From an uncultured Verrucomicrobiae bacterium (lineage in GTDB: Bacteria; Verrucomicrobiota; Verrucomicrobiia; Chthoniobacterales; Chthoniobacteraceae): 64,000 nt of DNA. Shown piece after piece: positions 20,248 through 30,990 of the stretch; the first letter of the stretch is position 1; each line of letters opens with the position of its first letter. A program made the position numbers and the translations under genes. The notes under the pieces were generated by a model. That model saw only the letters and a program-made list of their open reading frames with translations, ran no database searches and was not told the origin of the DNA. The stretch covers positions 160,001 through 224,000 of the forward strand of contig CAWHEP010000002.1 in NCBI GenBank assembly GCA_963828525.1, written 5' to 3'.

Positions 20248-21408
20248 GTCAGTTCGGCTTCTGTTACCGGTTCTTTCAATGCCGCCGGATCCTGGGTTAC
20301 AATCACCGGCTCTTCCTCCACGCGCCGCCTCCGCGTCAACGCCCGGAACTGCGCGGGCAGGCCGACAATCCCCTTTGGCATGAACAACACCACCAGGATG
20401 AAGAGCGTCCCCTCGATCATCAGCCAGTAATTAGGGAAAGCGCGGTTGGCGAAGTTCTTAAACGCGTTCACGACGACGGCCCCTATGATCGGGCCAATAA
20501 GCGTTCCCCGCCCTCCCACTGCCACCCACACCACCGCCTCCAGTGATTTCTCGGGAGCCATCTCGCTGGGATTGATGATCCCAACCTGCGGCACATACAG
20601 CGCCCCGCCCACGCTCGCGATCATCGCGCTGATTACAAAGATGAAAAGTTTGAAGTTGGCCGCCGCATACCCGGAAAAGAGCACGCGATTTTCGCTATCG
20701 CGGATTGCTCGCTGAACCTTCCCCAGCTTGGTCGTGGTAAGCCACCGCGAAAAAATGTAAACAGCCAGCAACAACAAAGCGGATGCGATGTAGAGACCCC
20801 GCTGCGTGCTGGCGCTCCTCAAGTCGTGTCCCAGTAGAAACTTGTAATCGGTTAGTCCATTATTACCGCCGAATGTGAAGTCGTTTCTGAAGAACATGAG
20901 GCAGGCGCCATAGGTAAACGCCTGGGTCAGGATCGAAAAATATACTCCCTTGATGCGCGACCGAAACGCCAGGAAACCGAAGACCAGCGCTACGAGGCCA
21001 GGCACCCACAGAACCGCCGCCGCCGCAAACCAGAAGCTCTTGAACGGCACCCAGTGCGCGGGCAGCCTCGGGTATCCGAGGAACACCATGAAGTCCGGGA
21101 GATCGCTATGATACTGCCCCAGCTTCCCGATCATGAGCATCAAGTGCATCCCAAGGGCGTAACCGCCCAATGAGAAGAAAAGACACTGTCCCAGGCTCAA
21201 CAGCCCGGTGTATCCCCACAGAAGATCCACGCTGATCGCGAGAATGGCGAACGTGAGGAACTTTCCATACAGATTGATCGTGAAGTTGTTGATGTGCAGC
21301 AGACTCGTTTCCGGCGTGAATGCGTTCAGCGAGGGAATAAAGAACGATCGCGATGAATGCCACGATCGCCCCAAAGAACACCTCCCGTTTGTATTTAGGA
21401 TTCTCCAT
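20244..21408 (-). CDS. urtC: Urea ABC transporter permease, frameshift near 21335
   Basis: [27 protein letters not shown] and AVGGRGTL motifs; the [11 protein letters not shown]-terminus is in a different frame. Confidence 0.88.
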
Positions 21409-23158
21409 TTAGCCCTCCAGGCTCCGGCTCTTGGTTACAAAGATCCCGGCGGGCCGCCATTGCAGGAACAGAATGATCATGCCCAGCACCGTGATCTTGC
21501 CCATGACAGGCCCGATGAAGGGTTGCAGCGTCTCGTCCATGATTCCGATCCCCAACGCCGAGCAGATTGTGCCAATCAGATTTCCCACGCCTCCTACCAC
21601 CACCGTCATGAAGCAATCAACAATATAGCTCTGGCCCAGGCTGGGCCCGACATTTCCGATCTGCGACAGGAATGCTCCTGCCAATCCCGCAAGTCCTGAA
21701 CCAAGCGCGAACGTCATCATATTCACGCGCTCCGTCCGCACCCCTATGCACGCGGCCATATCCCTTTTTTGCATCACCGCTCGGATCAGCAAACCCAGCG
21801 GCGTTTTGGTGAGAAGCAGCCACGTGGCAATCACGATGACGACCGCGAAGGCAATAACGAAAATGCGGTTATAGCCGAGGATCACGTCGTTGAACGTGAA
21901 GTTCCCGCTCAGCCATCCCGGCGAATTTACCTGCACATTGGCCGCTCCAAAAATGAGCCTGAACGCCTGTTGCAGCACGAGAGAAACTCCCCATGTCGCC
22001 AGCAACGACTCCAGCGGGCGGCGATACAGAAATTGTATGATCGTTCTCTCGAGCAGAAGCCCCACCAGCGCCGCGCTTACAAACGCAAACGGGAGCGAAA
22101 CAAGAAAATAAGCATCGTACAAGCCGCCCGTAAGTCCGATGCCGGGAATCGAGACATTGAATCCAAACGGCGAAAGCGCAAGCCCAGACCCAAAGATGTT
22201 TTGCACCACGTACAGTCGCATAAGCGCCCACAGCGATCAGCTCGCCATGCGCCATATTGATGACGCCCATCAAACCAAACGTAATTGCCAGCCCGATTGC
22301 GACCACCAGGAGGACCGAACCCAGGCTAAGTCCCCTGAAAAGTGTCCCGTAGAAATTGACCATCCCCATATACCCATCCAACGACTTTAAAGCAGCCTGG
22401 GCAGTCTTCGCGTTCTTTGAGGCGGAGTTCCCCGCAATATCCGAAACCAGCTTGTAACTCCCGATGGAGTGCAAGCTCGCAAGATTGTTGATCGCGTTTG
22501 CCTGCGTCGTCGTGTCAGGATCCGCAAGGTCAATAAGCGCCCGCGCTTCCTTGATCGCTTTTAAAACCGCCGGGTCGTGCTCCCTGGCCTCGCGGGCGTC
22601 CAAAAGAGCGATGTTTGTTTTCTTCTGGCTCATGCCCAGCTTCATCACGGCTGAGCGCCTCACCTGCGCGTCCGCGGCCGAGAGACCCAGCAAATCGAGC
22701 GAGTGCTGCAGCGCCTTTCGCAAGCTCGTGGAGGTGTCTACGGCATTCAGATCTGAACTGACCTGCTTAAGGGTGTTTCCCTTGTCGTCTTTCAGTAACT
22801 CTCCGTTATCCACGCGGTAGCCTCTGACCTTCCCCTCCGCGTCCGGATTGTCCTCGATGGTATACGGAATCTTCCCTGTGCCTGCCTCGTAGATATAGAT
22901 GCCGCCCTCGCGCCACGCGATAATCGTCTTGCTTACCCCCTCGGCGCCGGTGTCTGAGACCTGCTCGATCAACTTTATTTGCTCAGGTTCCGATGTGCTT
23001 AGCATCGCCTGCACCAGCAACTTGCGAGCGTCCGATTCCGAACTGGCTCGCGCTGGAGTGACTACTGCCAGGCACGCCAGTGCTCCAAGGCAGCAGAAAA
23101 CCTTCGAAAGGCCTCGTGTCCCGAGTCGCGCGATTATTTGTTTGAGTGTTGGCATCAC
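21409..23158 (-). CDS. urtB: Urea ABC transporter permease with long periplasmic N-terminal domain, frameshift near 22213
   Basis: [18 protein letters not shown]...GAYAT continues in another frame as YVVQ...[14 protein letters not shown]...QWRPAGIF. Confidence 0.88.
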
Positions 23159-23177
23159 CGTTTCCGGACAAGAAGAA

Positions 23178-23202
23178 GGGGCGGGTTTCTGTCTCCCGCC
23201 CC
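23178..23202 (-). terminator. Intercistronic stem-loop between urtA and urtB
   Basis: GGGGCGGG/CCCGCCCC inverted repeat followed on the minus strand by TTCTTCTT. Confidence 0.55.
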
Positions 23203-23240
23203 TCCCCTCAATGATTTGGCTTGTTTGGTAAATCCCGCCC

Positions 23241-24524
23241 TTATTTCTCCTTCATGAATGTCCCCTTGAGGAACGGTTCCCCGTAAACCTGATTGAATTC
23301 TTTCAGGATCTTGAACTGCCCGTTGGCCTTGGTCTCACCGATATAAACGTTCTTTGTAACATGGTGATTCTTCTGCACTGTGACTTTGCCGTCCGGACCG
23401 TCAAAGGTGATCGCGCCGGACTTCGAGCGCCGCGCGCACTTTGTCCACGTCAAGCGAGCCAGCTTTCTCCACGCGGCTTTCCATAGGTAGACGCCGTCGT
23501 AGCTGAAAGCACCATCGGGCTGCACGTCACACGCTTCCTTCCTTGACCCGGACTTCAGCTGTCGTCGTCTTAAACCACTCTTTGAAGTTCGCGAGGAACT
23601 TCTTGTTTGCTGCCGTATCGATGGACATGAAGTAGCTCCAGCGCCGAGTTGACCGACCAGATTCTTGGCAGGCAGGCTGCGGAAGTTCATCTTCCGCGAT
23701 CGAGATAGGAGACAACCGGGCAAGTATCGGCGGATAGGCCGCGTTCGCGTATCTCTTTGAAGAACGGAGGTTGGTATCGCCGTTCATCGTGCTGATCACG
23801 CACGCGTCGCCGCTGGCCGCGAAATCTTTGATCTCAGCAACGATTTGCTGATAATCTTTATGACCGAATGGCGTGTATTTGCCCGCCGAGATGATCTTGC
23901 CGGGCTGTCCTTGTTGAGACCGCCGCCGATGTTTTCGAGCGGGACGCCTTTGCTGCGAAGATACTCCAGCAACACGAGGTTGGTCGTTTGCGGATAAACG
24001 TAATCCGTGCCAGCAGGTAGAATTTCTTTTTGCCCTGCGCGAGGAGATAGTCCACCGCGGGAATCGCCTGCTGATTTACAGCTTCGGCGGTGTAAATGAT
24101 GTTCTTTGAAAGCTTCTTCGCCCTCGTACTGGACAGGGTAGAAGAGCAGGCCGTTGTCTTTTTCGAACACGGGCAAACAGGATTTCCGGCTCACCGAAGT
24201 CCAGCAACCGAATACAACCGCGACTTTGTCCGCTCCGAGGAGTTGTTTGGAATTTTCGGCGAACGTCGGCCAGTCGGAACCCGGGTCCTAATGTCACAGG
24301 ACGATCTTCTTCCCGAGAACGCCGCCCTTCGCGTTGATCTCATCGAACGTGAAAAGCAGAATATCACGCAGCGAGGTTTCGCTGATGGCCATTGTGCCGC
24401 TAAGGTCATGCAGCACTCCAACCTTCACCGTGTCGTCGGCCGCGCTCGCGCCAACGATCGAGGAAAGCAGAAGTCCGCCAGAGGCGAGCAGAGCACTGAG
24501 TGAACGAACTGATTTAATCATCAT
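23241..24524 (-). CDS. urtA: Urea ABC transporter substrate-binding protein, broken by many indels
   Basis: Fragments across frames: [72 protein letters not shown] and WSYFMS. Confidence 0.88.
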
Positions 24525-24643
24525 TATTTTTCTTTGTTGCGACGGCTTCATTTTCAGAGACCGCTTTCGACTGACATTCGGCATGAATGGGTTTTACGAG
24601 CCACGCGGCATGCGCGAACAACGCGTGGTTCGAGCAACGCCTT

Positions 24644-24659
24644 AGCAGGGGCCATACCA
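24644..24659 (-). promoter_or_regulatory. Putative sigma-54 (-24/-12) promoter of the urt operon
   Basis: Minus strand TGGTATGGCCCCTGCT has GG-N10-GC spacing, about 120 bp upstream of urtA. Confidence 0.6.
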
Positions 24660-25150
24660 ATTATTCGAGAAACACTTCACTCTGTCAGACGGTGTCCGTA
24701 ACTAGCTGGAGTAGAGCTACTAAGATAAGGGATATTAATTTGTGCAAAAACTCTGTAACACGCAGAAATGAGAACGGAGGAGAAATTCGGCACAGCCTCC
24801 CACCCCAGGCTGAACAAATAAAGCCACTGAGGGGCAACCGAATGTTTGACCCTCTTTCTCAATCCGCGACTCATCAAAAACGAACTGCGGGCGACCTAAA
24901 AACACGTAACCGTCCGCGCCCGAAGCGCGGAGCGCATCCGCGCCGCTGAGAGAAGACGGTGATGTTCGGGGAGCGCCTGCGAGATGAACGGTGAGAACGA
25001 GCGAAGGCGCAGGCGCAGATCCCAGAGGCGCGATCCGCGCGCAAGGCCTGCATCCGGCAGACATGGCCCTGACTTTGTGCGCGCTCGCCCGCGAACCGCC
25101 TCACGCCTCGTGTGCTCCACGCCGTAATTTATCAGGAGAGTGCTTTGGTG

Positions 25151-25694
25151 TCATTGTCCACCGCTGGCCCCCTGCATGATCGGCCCTATATCCATCGTGA
25201 AGACCGGAACCCGGAGCGCGCCCCGGCCTGGAGGCATGTAGCTGAAGACTTCGCCCGTGGGCTGCGCCACAAGCTTCAGCTTTTGCCCAGCCTGCATGGA
25301 GTCCTCATGCGGGCAATCCTTCAGCAGGATGAGGGACTCCACCACCGGGAGCCCATAGTAATTCGCCTTCACCAGCCCGTTGGTCAATCGATCAGGAGTT
25401 CTCCATATTGCCGTGTGTCTTGGTCGTTGGCCCGCTTGATCTGCTCCTCCGTCAACGGGCTATTCCGCATTCTCTCGCTTTGAAAAAGAAGCCCGCTTCC
25501 TGGGATGACGGAAATGATCTGCCCGCGAGCAACTGCTAAAGGCCCGGTTGTGGGACTGCCGTTGCTTCCGCTCGCGGCGTCGCTGTCGGGACGGGAGAGA
25601 GGCCTGTCGTCGCCGCCCCGTCTTGCGCCTTATGCGACAGAAAAAAGATCGCGCAGCACGCTCCAACGATCACGCCTAGTAGGAATTTGGTCAT
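25151..25694 (-). CDS. Hypothetical membrane-anchored or exported protein, about 2 frameshifts
   Basis: MTKFLLGVIVGACCAIFFLS plus a Pro/Thr linker, joinable to AVARGQIISVIPGSGLLF... and TNGLVKANYYGLP.... Confidence 0.5.
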
Positions 25695-25820
25695 TAAGAA
25701 TGTCCGCTTTCAACTTATCAGGCGTTTCGGTGATCGAACATACCGGGAAGATTCAGAAGAGGTCGCGGCGATCATTCCGGCAAACGCCTTCCCACCCGCT
25801 CCTCGGTCCTGGCCCACCTT

Positions 25821-25852
25821 AAAACGAAAAACGCCTCCCGAAGGAGGCGTTT
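25821..25852 (-). terminator. Rho-independent terminator after the porin-like gene
   Basis: AAACGCCTCC-TTCG-GGAGGCGTTT followed by TTCGTTTT on the minus strand. Confidence 0.85.
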
Positions 25853-25945
25853 GCTCGATCTCGGCCACTTGGCCGAATCCAGACTTGAGCACCTGGCAAT
25901 CCCTCCGAGCAGATGCTCGGAGGGATCCACCAAGAGTCAGTTAAC

Positions 25946-26917
25946 TTAGAACGTTACACCAAGGGTCGCTTGGAACACGTGCTGCGCTTCATCTGTTGGT
26001 CCTTTGACGGACACAGGTGACAGTTCAGCAACGGTCTGCCCGATGTAGTAGAACGTGTAGCCAGCGGATGCGGTCCAGGAACCAATCTGCTTGGGAACGA
26101 ATGCCAGAGGAACGCTGAGCGTTACGCCTGCGGATACGAACCCGAAGTTGGTGCCACGTTGCGCAGCCTTTGGCGCGGGAGCCTGAAGACTGTAGAATTC
26201 CTTCGTGCCTTCGCCGCCGGTGATTGGCAGCGTGAGGGTCAAAGGATAGTCTGACTTCGGCATCAAGGTGTAGCTAGGAGCGATACCTTGTTCGAGGTAC
26301 CAGCCTTCGTGGTTGCCTGTGCCTGCGCGGCCATCGCCAGGGATCTCAGCCAGCACGGTCACGTGAGGATGAAGCGCAAATGCGGAATACGCCCCCATCA
26401 TGTCCGAGTCGTTAAGAGCCAGTGTCTGGTTGATGCTGCGAGCGGGCTGGAACGAATCAGAAGGACTGTCGAACTCAAAATACTGCACTGTGTAGGTCCA
26501 GTTCTTCAAGAACGTCATCGTTATACCTGGATCCCAGTCAAACTCGTACCAGTTACGGGTCGTGGAGCCGGGCGCGGCAAAACGCGACTTCGTGTGGATG
26601 CTCGACCAGAATGAAAGCTGGACCGAGACCGAGTTGATGAAGCCTTTGCCTTCATAAACTTTGAAGAAAAGGTCGAGGTATGGCTGATTGATTACCCCTT
26701 GATTTTCCAGCACGATACCACGCGAGATGTACTCGTTGGTCACCGTGTCGCCGATGTCACCCGTGATCCATGATTGGACGGGAGCTTCGGGTGCCACAAC
26801 TTGCTTCTTACCGTCGGAAGCCTCGACGCCGGCAAAGCCCGATGTTGGGGCGAGCACGGTAGCGCCCAGCGCTACTGCGCCGAACACTGCGGATTTCAGA
26901 CTGTTTTTAATTACCAT
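25946..26917 (-). CDS. Outer-membrane beta-barrel protein (TorF/Gcw_chp-like putative porin)
   Basis: Signal peptide, NEYISRG..LENQG..NQP, alternating aromatic strands and C-terminal Phe (LGVTF). Confidence 0.7.
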   Translation of the reverse strand: MVIKNSLKSAVFGAVALGATVLAPTSGFAGVEASDGKKQVVAPEAPVQSWITGDIGDTVTNEYISRGIVLENQGVINQPYLDLFFKVYEGKGFINSVSVQLSFWSSIHTKSRFAAPGSTTRNWYEFDWDPGITMTFLKNWTYTVQYFEFDSPSDSFQPARSINQTLALNDSDMMGAYSAFALHPHVTVLAEIPGDGRAGTGNHEGWYLEQGIAPSYTLMPKSDYPLTLTLPITGGEGTKEFYSLQAPAPKAAQRGTNFGFVSAGVTLSVPLAFVPKQIGSWTASAGYTFYYIGQTVAELSPVSVKGPTDEAQHVFQATLGVTF

Positions 26918-27162
26918 GTTTAGTTTTCTTGGTTTTCGGTTGGTTTAAGCGCCGAACTTTCGGCAGTTCGCTGGATACCAATATCTCCCCCATTCCTCAA
27001 CAAGTATTTTACATCAATTTTCGTCGGCAAATGTAAGCCGCTCCCTCCAAGCCACTTATAATCCAAAATATTTTCGTATTTTTTGAACGGATTGCCTTTG
27101 TAGCTGTCTACACTCTGTTCACGCGCCAGTCTTTTGAACCTTTTCTCGGCTCAAAAACCCGC

Positions 27163-29142
27163 TCACACGATCTCCACCGGGCACTTCGGCAGCGCCTTCA
27201 GGAAGGCTTTGCCATACGGTTTCGTCAGAACCCGGCTGTCCAGAATGACCACAATTCCGCTGTCCTGCCGTGTCCGGATCAGCCGCCCCACCCCCTGCCG
27301 CAACTTCAAGATCGCCTCAGGAAGAGAATATTCCGAGAAGGGGTCGCCTCCCCGTTCCTCGATTGCTTCCAGTCTGGCTTCCGTCAGCGGGCTGTCGGGC
27401 ACGGCAAAGGGCAGCCGCGTGATGATGACATTCGACAGCGCTTCACCTGGCACATCCACTCCGCTCCAGAAGCTCTCCGTGCCGAACAGGACATGCCGGT
27501 CGTCCTTCTTGAACTCCGCCAGCAACCGGTGCCTCGGCATACCCTCGCCTTGCACAAGCAGGTTCCACTTCCGGCGAAAGCCGGCACTGACTCGCTGCGC
27601 CATCGCGTTCATCAATTTGTAGCTTGTAAACAGCACAAACGCCCTCCCCTTTGACAATCCGACGAAGTGCTCGATCCGCTCCGCGACCGCTCCCTCATAC
27701 TCCTTATCCCGCGGATCGGGCATGTTCCGCGCGACGAAGAGCTTCATCTGCTTCTCGTAATCGAATGGGCTTCCAATCTGCCTGGCCTCGGAATCGGTTG
27801 CCCCAACCCTATTGCGGAAGTAGAGCATCTCCTCGTTGCCCACAGACAGCGTAGCGCTCGTCATGATACAGGAGCGGCCTTCTCCGAAAAGAAGCTGCTT
27901 TAGCAGGCCCGCCATATCCACCGGGGAGGCGTTCAGGTTCAGGAACTGGCCAGCCTTTCCCGCTTTCTCCGCCCAATACACGTAGCCGCCCGCTGTTTGT
28001 CCGAGGAACGTGACTAGCCCATCGCGCATTTCGCGCACCCTGCGTCCGAGATCCTGTAATTCCGCTTTCAGCGGATGATCGGGCATCTTCCGTATCTCTT
28101 TGATGGCTATATCCAACAGCCCCTCCAGGCCAGGAGACAGCGAATCGTCGGCCAGCCCGGCTTCACGTACCCGGAACTCCCGGCTCTTCTTGAAATCGCA
28201 CCCGATCTCCACCGAGGAGAAAAACTGATCGCTTTCCCCCAGCAGCGCCGTGACGGCGCGAATGCCATCCGGGTTCCGCAGGAGAGAGAATACACCTTTC
28301 TTCGTCACCGGATTGTACAGCCGGTGGAGCGCGGTTCGCAGGCCGAACTGCGAGACACCGATGCCGAGTTGCCTCGCGGCGGCGGCCTCCAGCGTGTGCG
28401 CTTCATCGAAGATCACGAAATCGTTGGCAAATATATATCCGTCTCCGGCCGTTTCCGCCGGCATCGTCCCCAGGTTCATGAAGAACAGCGTGTGATTCAT
28501 CACCACGATGTTCGCGGTGAGCAGCCGCTTCCTGGCTTCCTGGTAGAAACAGCGGGCATTCTCACCTCCGCAGCTCTTTGCCGTGCAGATGTGTTGCTCG
28601 CTGCAAACCTGCGCCCACACGCCCGGATCTGGTTCCACCGCGAAATCACTAAGCGTCCCTTCCCGCGTGGTGAGACTCCAGTCGCGGATGCGCTCCAGCT
28701 CCTCCCGCTCGGGCGAAGTGAAGAGTTCACTCGCGTTCTGCAGCGCCCGCTCCAGCCGTTTCGGGCAGAGATAATTCTGCCGCCCCTTCCACAGCGCCGC
28801 CTCGAACTCGATTGGCAGCACCTTTTGCAGGATCGGTATATCCTTATAGATTAGCTGCTCTTGTAAATTGATCGTATACGTGGAGACGATCGCCTTCTTC
28901 TTTGTTTCCACCGCGTAAAGGATCGCGGGGACGAGATACGCCAGCGATTTACCCACGCCCGTGCCCGCCTCCACTACCAGATGCCGCTCCTCATCCAGGG
29001 CCCGCGCGACGGCGACCGCCATCTCCTGCTGCTCCCGCCGATACTCGAAGTTCTTCGCGCCCGCGAGCAAGCCGTCCGCGGAGAAGATGCGGCTGATCCG
29101 CTCCGCGAAGTCATCACTGAATTGCTCCCGCAGCGCGATCAT
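27163..29142 (-). CDS. dinG: DinG/YoaA-family ATP-dependent DNA helicase
   Basis: EAGTGVGKS, KGRQNYLC, DEAH, TSATL, SPFDY, FWSGVDVPG and QGVGRLIR motifs. Confidence 0.92.
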   Translation of the reverse strand: MIALREQFSDDFAERISRIFSADGLLAGAKNFEYRREQQEMAVAVARALDEERHLVVEAGTGVGKSLAYLVPAILYAVETKKKAIVSTYTINLQEQLIYKDIPILQKVLPIEFEAALWKGRQNYLCPKRLERALQNASELFTSPEREELERIRDWSLTTREGTLSDFAVEPDPGVWAQVCSEQHICTAKSCGGENARCFYQEARKRLLTANIVVMNHTLFFMNLGTMPAETAGDGYIFANDFVIFDEAHTLEAAAARQLGIGVSQFGLRTALHRLYNPVTKKGVFSLLRNPDGIRAVTALLGESDQFFSSVEIGCDFKKSREFRVREAGLADDSLSPGLEGLLDIAIKEIRKMPDHPLKAELQDLGRRVREMRDGLVTFLGQTAGGYVYWAEKAGKAGQFLNLNASPVDMAGLLKQLLFGEGRSCIMTSATLSVGNEEMLYFRNRVGATDSEARQIGSPFDYEKQMKLFVARNMPDPRDKEYEGAVAERIEHFVGLSKGRAFVLFTSYKLMNAMAQRVSAGFRRKWNLLVQGEGMPRHRLLAEFKKDDRHVLFGTESFWSGVDVPGEALSNVIITRLPFAVPDSPLTEARLEAIEERGGDPFSEYSLPEAILKLRQGVGRLIRTRQDSGIVVILDSRVLTKPYGKAFLKALPKCPVEIV

Positions 29143-29196
29143 GTTTGAATTTGCGATTCCCGCGACGTTCGTTTCGAGCTAAAACACCTCACCTGC

Positions 29197-30399
29197 ATGC
29201 GCACCCTGGATCGATACGTCCTCAAGAACTTCCTTGTTCCTTTTTTGCTCTGCTTCTTTGGATTTATCGCGATCTGGCTCGTGTTCGACATCATGAACAA
29301 CGCCAACGAGTTCCTCGAGAACAAGATTTCGCCGAACCGCATCGCCTATTACTACGCGACGCAGCTCCCTTTGGTGATGGTGCTCTCCATGCCCTTGGGA
29401 GAGCTGCTCGCCCTGCTCTTCTCGCTCAGTAAGATGTCCCGCTCAAACGAAATCATCTCCATGCTCACCGCTGGCCAGAGCGTGACCCGCATCCTCCTGC
29501 CGCTTTTTGCCTTCGGTTTCTTTCTCACCGCTGCCTGCTTTGCTTTGGAACATGATCTCGCCCCGCACGCCGAAGCGACTCGCAAGGCTTTGCAGGATGA
29601 ATTTCGCGGCAAGAGCGGCGTCCAGCCGCTTGAACAGCAGCTCTTCAGGAATCGTGTCGATTTCCGCACATGGTACGTCCAGAGCATCCGTCCCGATCTG
29701 AATGCCCTCCAGGGCGTTCACATCACGCAACAGGACGCCAATGGCAATTTCGTCGCGAAATATTACGCGAACGTCGCCACGTTTGACCGCTCCGATAAAT
29801 CATGGAACCTGCGGAACAGCAGGGTCACCCACTTCAACGCCCAGGGAGACCTGACCTTCGACCTGGCAAGCACCCAGAAGATCCAGAACTGGTCGGAAAC
29901 GCCTTGGCGCATCATCAGCGCGAATTTGGAGCCCGAGAATCTTTCGATGCCTGAACTTCGGGAGTATCTCGATACCAACGCCGACTTCCCGGAGCCGCAG
30001 TTGGCTGCCTACAAGACTTACCTCGACTATCGCTGGGCGGTTCCTTGGGCCTGCCTGGTAGTCATCCTCATAGCCGCGCCACTCGGCATTGTCTATTCCC
30101 GGCGCGGCGTCCTTGCGGGAGTCGCCAGCTCCATCTTCATCTTCTTTGGCCTGTTCTTTCTTGGCTACCTCTTCCTCGCCCTCGGAAAGGGCGACCGGGT
30201 TCCTCCCGCTGTAGCAGCATGGTTCCCAAACGCGCTTTTCGCCGCGTTGGGCCTGTTCCTCCTCTGGATGCGTTCCACCAACCGCGACTTCCCCACCCTG
30301 GCCACAATGTTCGCGAGCTCTCAGTCGCGCTCCGGGCTGCCATCCGAGCGCCGTCTCCCGCCCGCCCTCCCCGAGAGCGAAGTGGACATCACGGGCTAG
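29197..30399 (+). CDS. LptF/LptG-family LPS export permease
   Basis: TLDRYV, SRSNEI...AG.S, periplasmic beta domain and AAWFPN; 3+3 transmembrane layout. Confidence 0.9.
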   Translation: MRTLDRYVLKNFLVPFLLCFFGFIAIWLVFDIMNNANEFLENKISPNRIAYYYATQLPLVMVLSMPLGELLALLFSLSKMSRSNEIISMLTAGQSVTRILLPLFAFGFFLTAACFALEHDLAPHAEATRKALQDEFRGKSGVQPLEQQLFRNRVDFRTWYVQSIRPDLNALQGVHITQQDANGNFVAKYYANVATFDRSDKSWNLRNSRVTHFNAQGDLTFDLASTQKIQNWSETPWRIISANLEPENLSMPELREYLDTNADFPEPQLAAYKTYLDYRWAVPWACLVVILIAAPLGIVYSRRGVLAGVASSIFIFFGLFFLGYLFLALGKGDRVPPAVAAWFPNALFAALGLFLLWMRSTNRDFPTLATMFASSQSRSGLPSERRLPPALPESEVDITG

Positions 30400-30423
30400 G
30401 TCGCAGGCAACGCCGGCGCTCGC

Positions 30424-30966
30424 TCATCGCGATTCGAGCGAACGCGCGATCTGATCCACGATTCCCCACCCGCGCGTGGTAGCGGGAACCCCGAAGTGCC
30501 GCTCGACAACTTCATTCGGATACCATCGCCCTCCTTCTTTCATTCGCCGGACGCTCAGCGCGAATGTCCCCACCCGCCGGATGACGCGGACCTCCCAATC
30601 TTCACCCGCAGGCGCGCCATGCGGCAGCAGACTGTCCGCCTGCGGCTCCGAGCCGAGAACACTGAGATACGGCTTCACGCCGGCAGATTCGGCATACGCG
30701 GCAAAAGGGTCATCGTCACGCAAGGCCAGCACAGAGTCCACCGGGCGGATGAAGAACTCAGGCGAAAAGGAGAGGCGCCGTCCAATCTCCTCGCGAATTT
30801 CATTCTCGCCCGCCACCCGCCGGACCACCAGAGTTCCCGCCGCGCCAATATTTCGGACGTCCAGCGCGTGAAGATCACGCGCGAGTTGCGCCGGTTGGAA
30901 TCGCTGATACTTCCCAACGTTCACCGCTCTGAAAAAGACGACCGACGCCGCTTGAACGTCCAACAT
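30424..30966 (-). CDS. DUF1697 family protein
   Basis: VVFFRAVNVG, NIGAAGT.V and GVPATTRGW motifs. Confidence 0.8.
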   Translation of the reverse strand: MLDVQAASVVFFRAVNVGKYQRFQPAQLARDLHALDVRNIGAAGTLVVRRVAGENEIREEIGRRLSFSPEFFIRPVDSVLALRDDDPFAAYAESAGVKPYLSVLGSEPQADSLLPHGAPAGEDWEVRVIRRVGTFALSVRRMKEGGRWYPNEVVERHFGVPATTRGWGIVDQIARSLESR

Positions 30967-30990
30967 GGTGACTGACCCCGAATAAGGCGC

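Noticed and set aside
23241..24524. Programmed frameshifting or phase variation in urtA
   Set aside because: There are too many indels in both directions, and no slippery site or simple repeat tract explains them.
24525..24900. Guanidine or glutamine riboswitch upstream of urtA
   Set aside because: I could not find the ykkC motifs, paired ACGR loops or glnA-motif elements by eye; only one simple hairpin is present. An Rfam scan would settle it.
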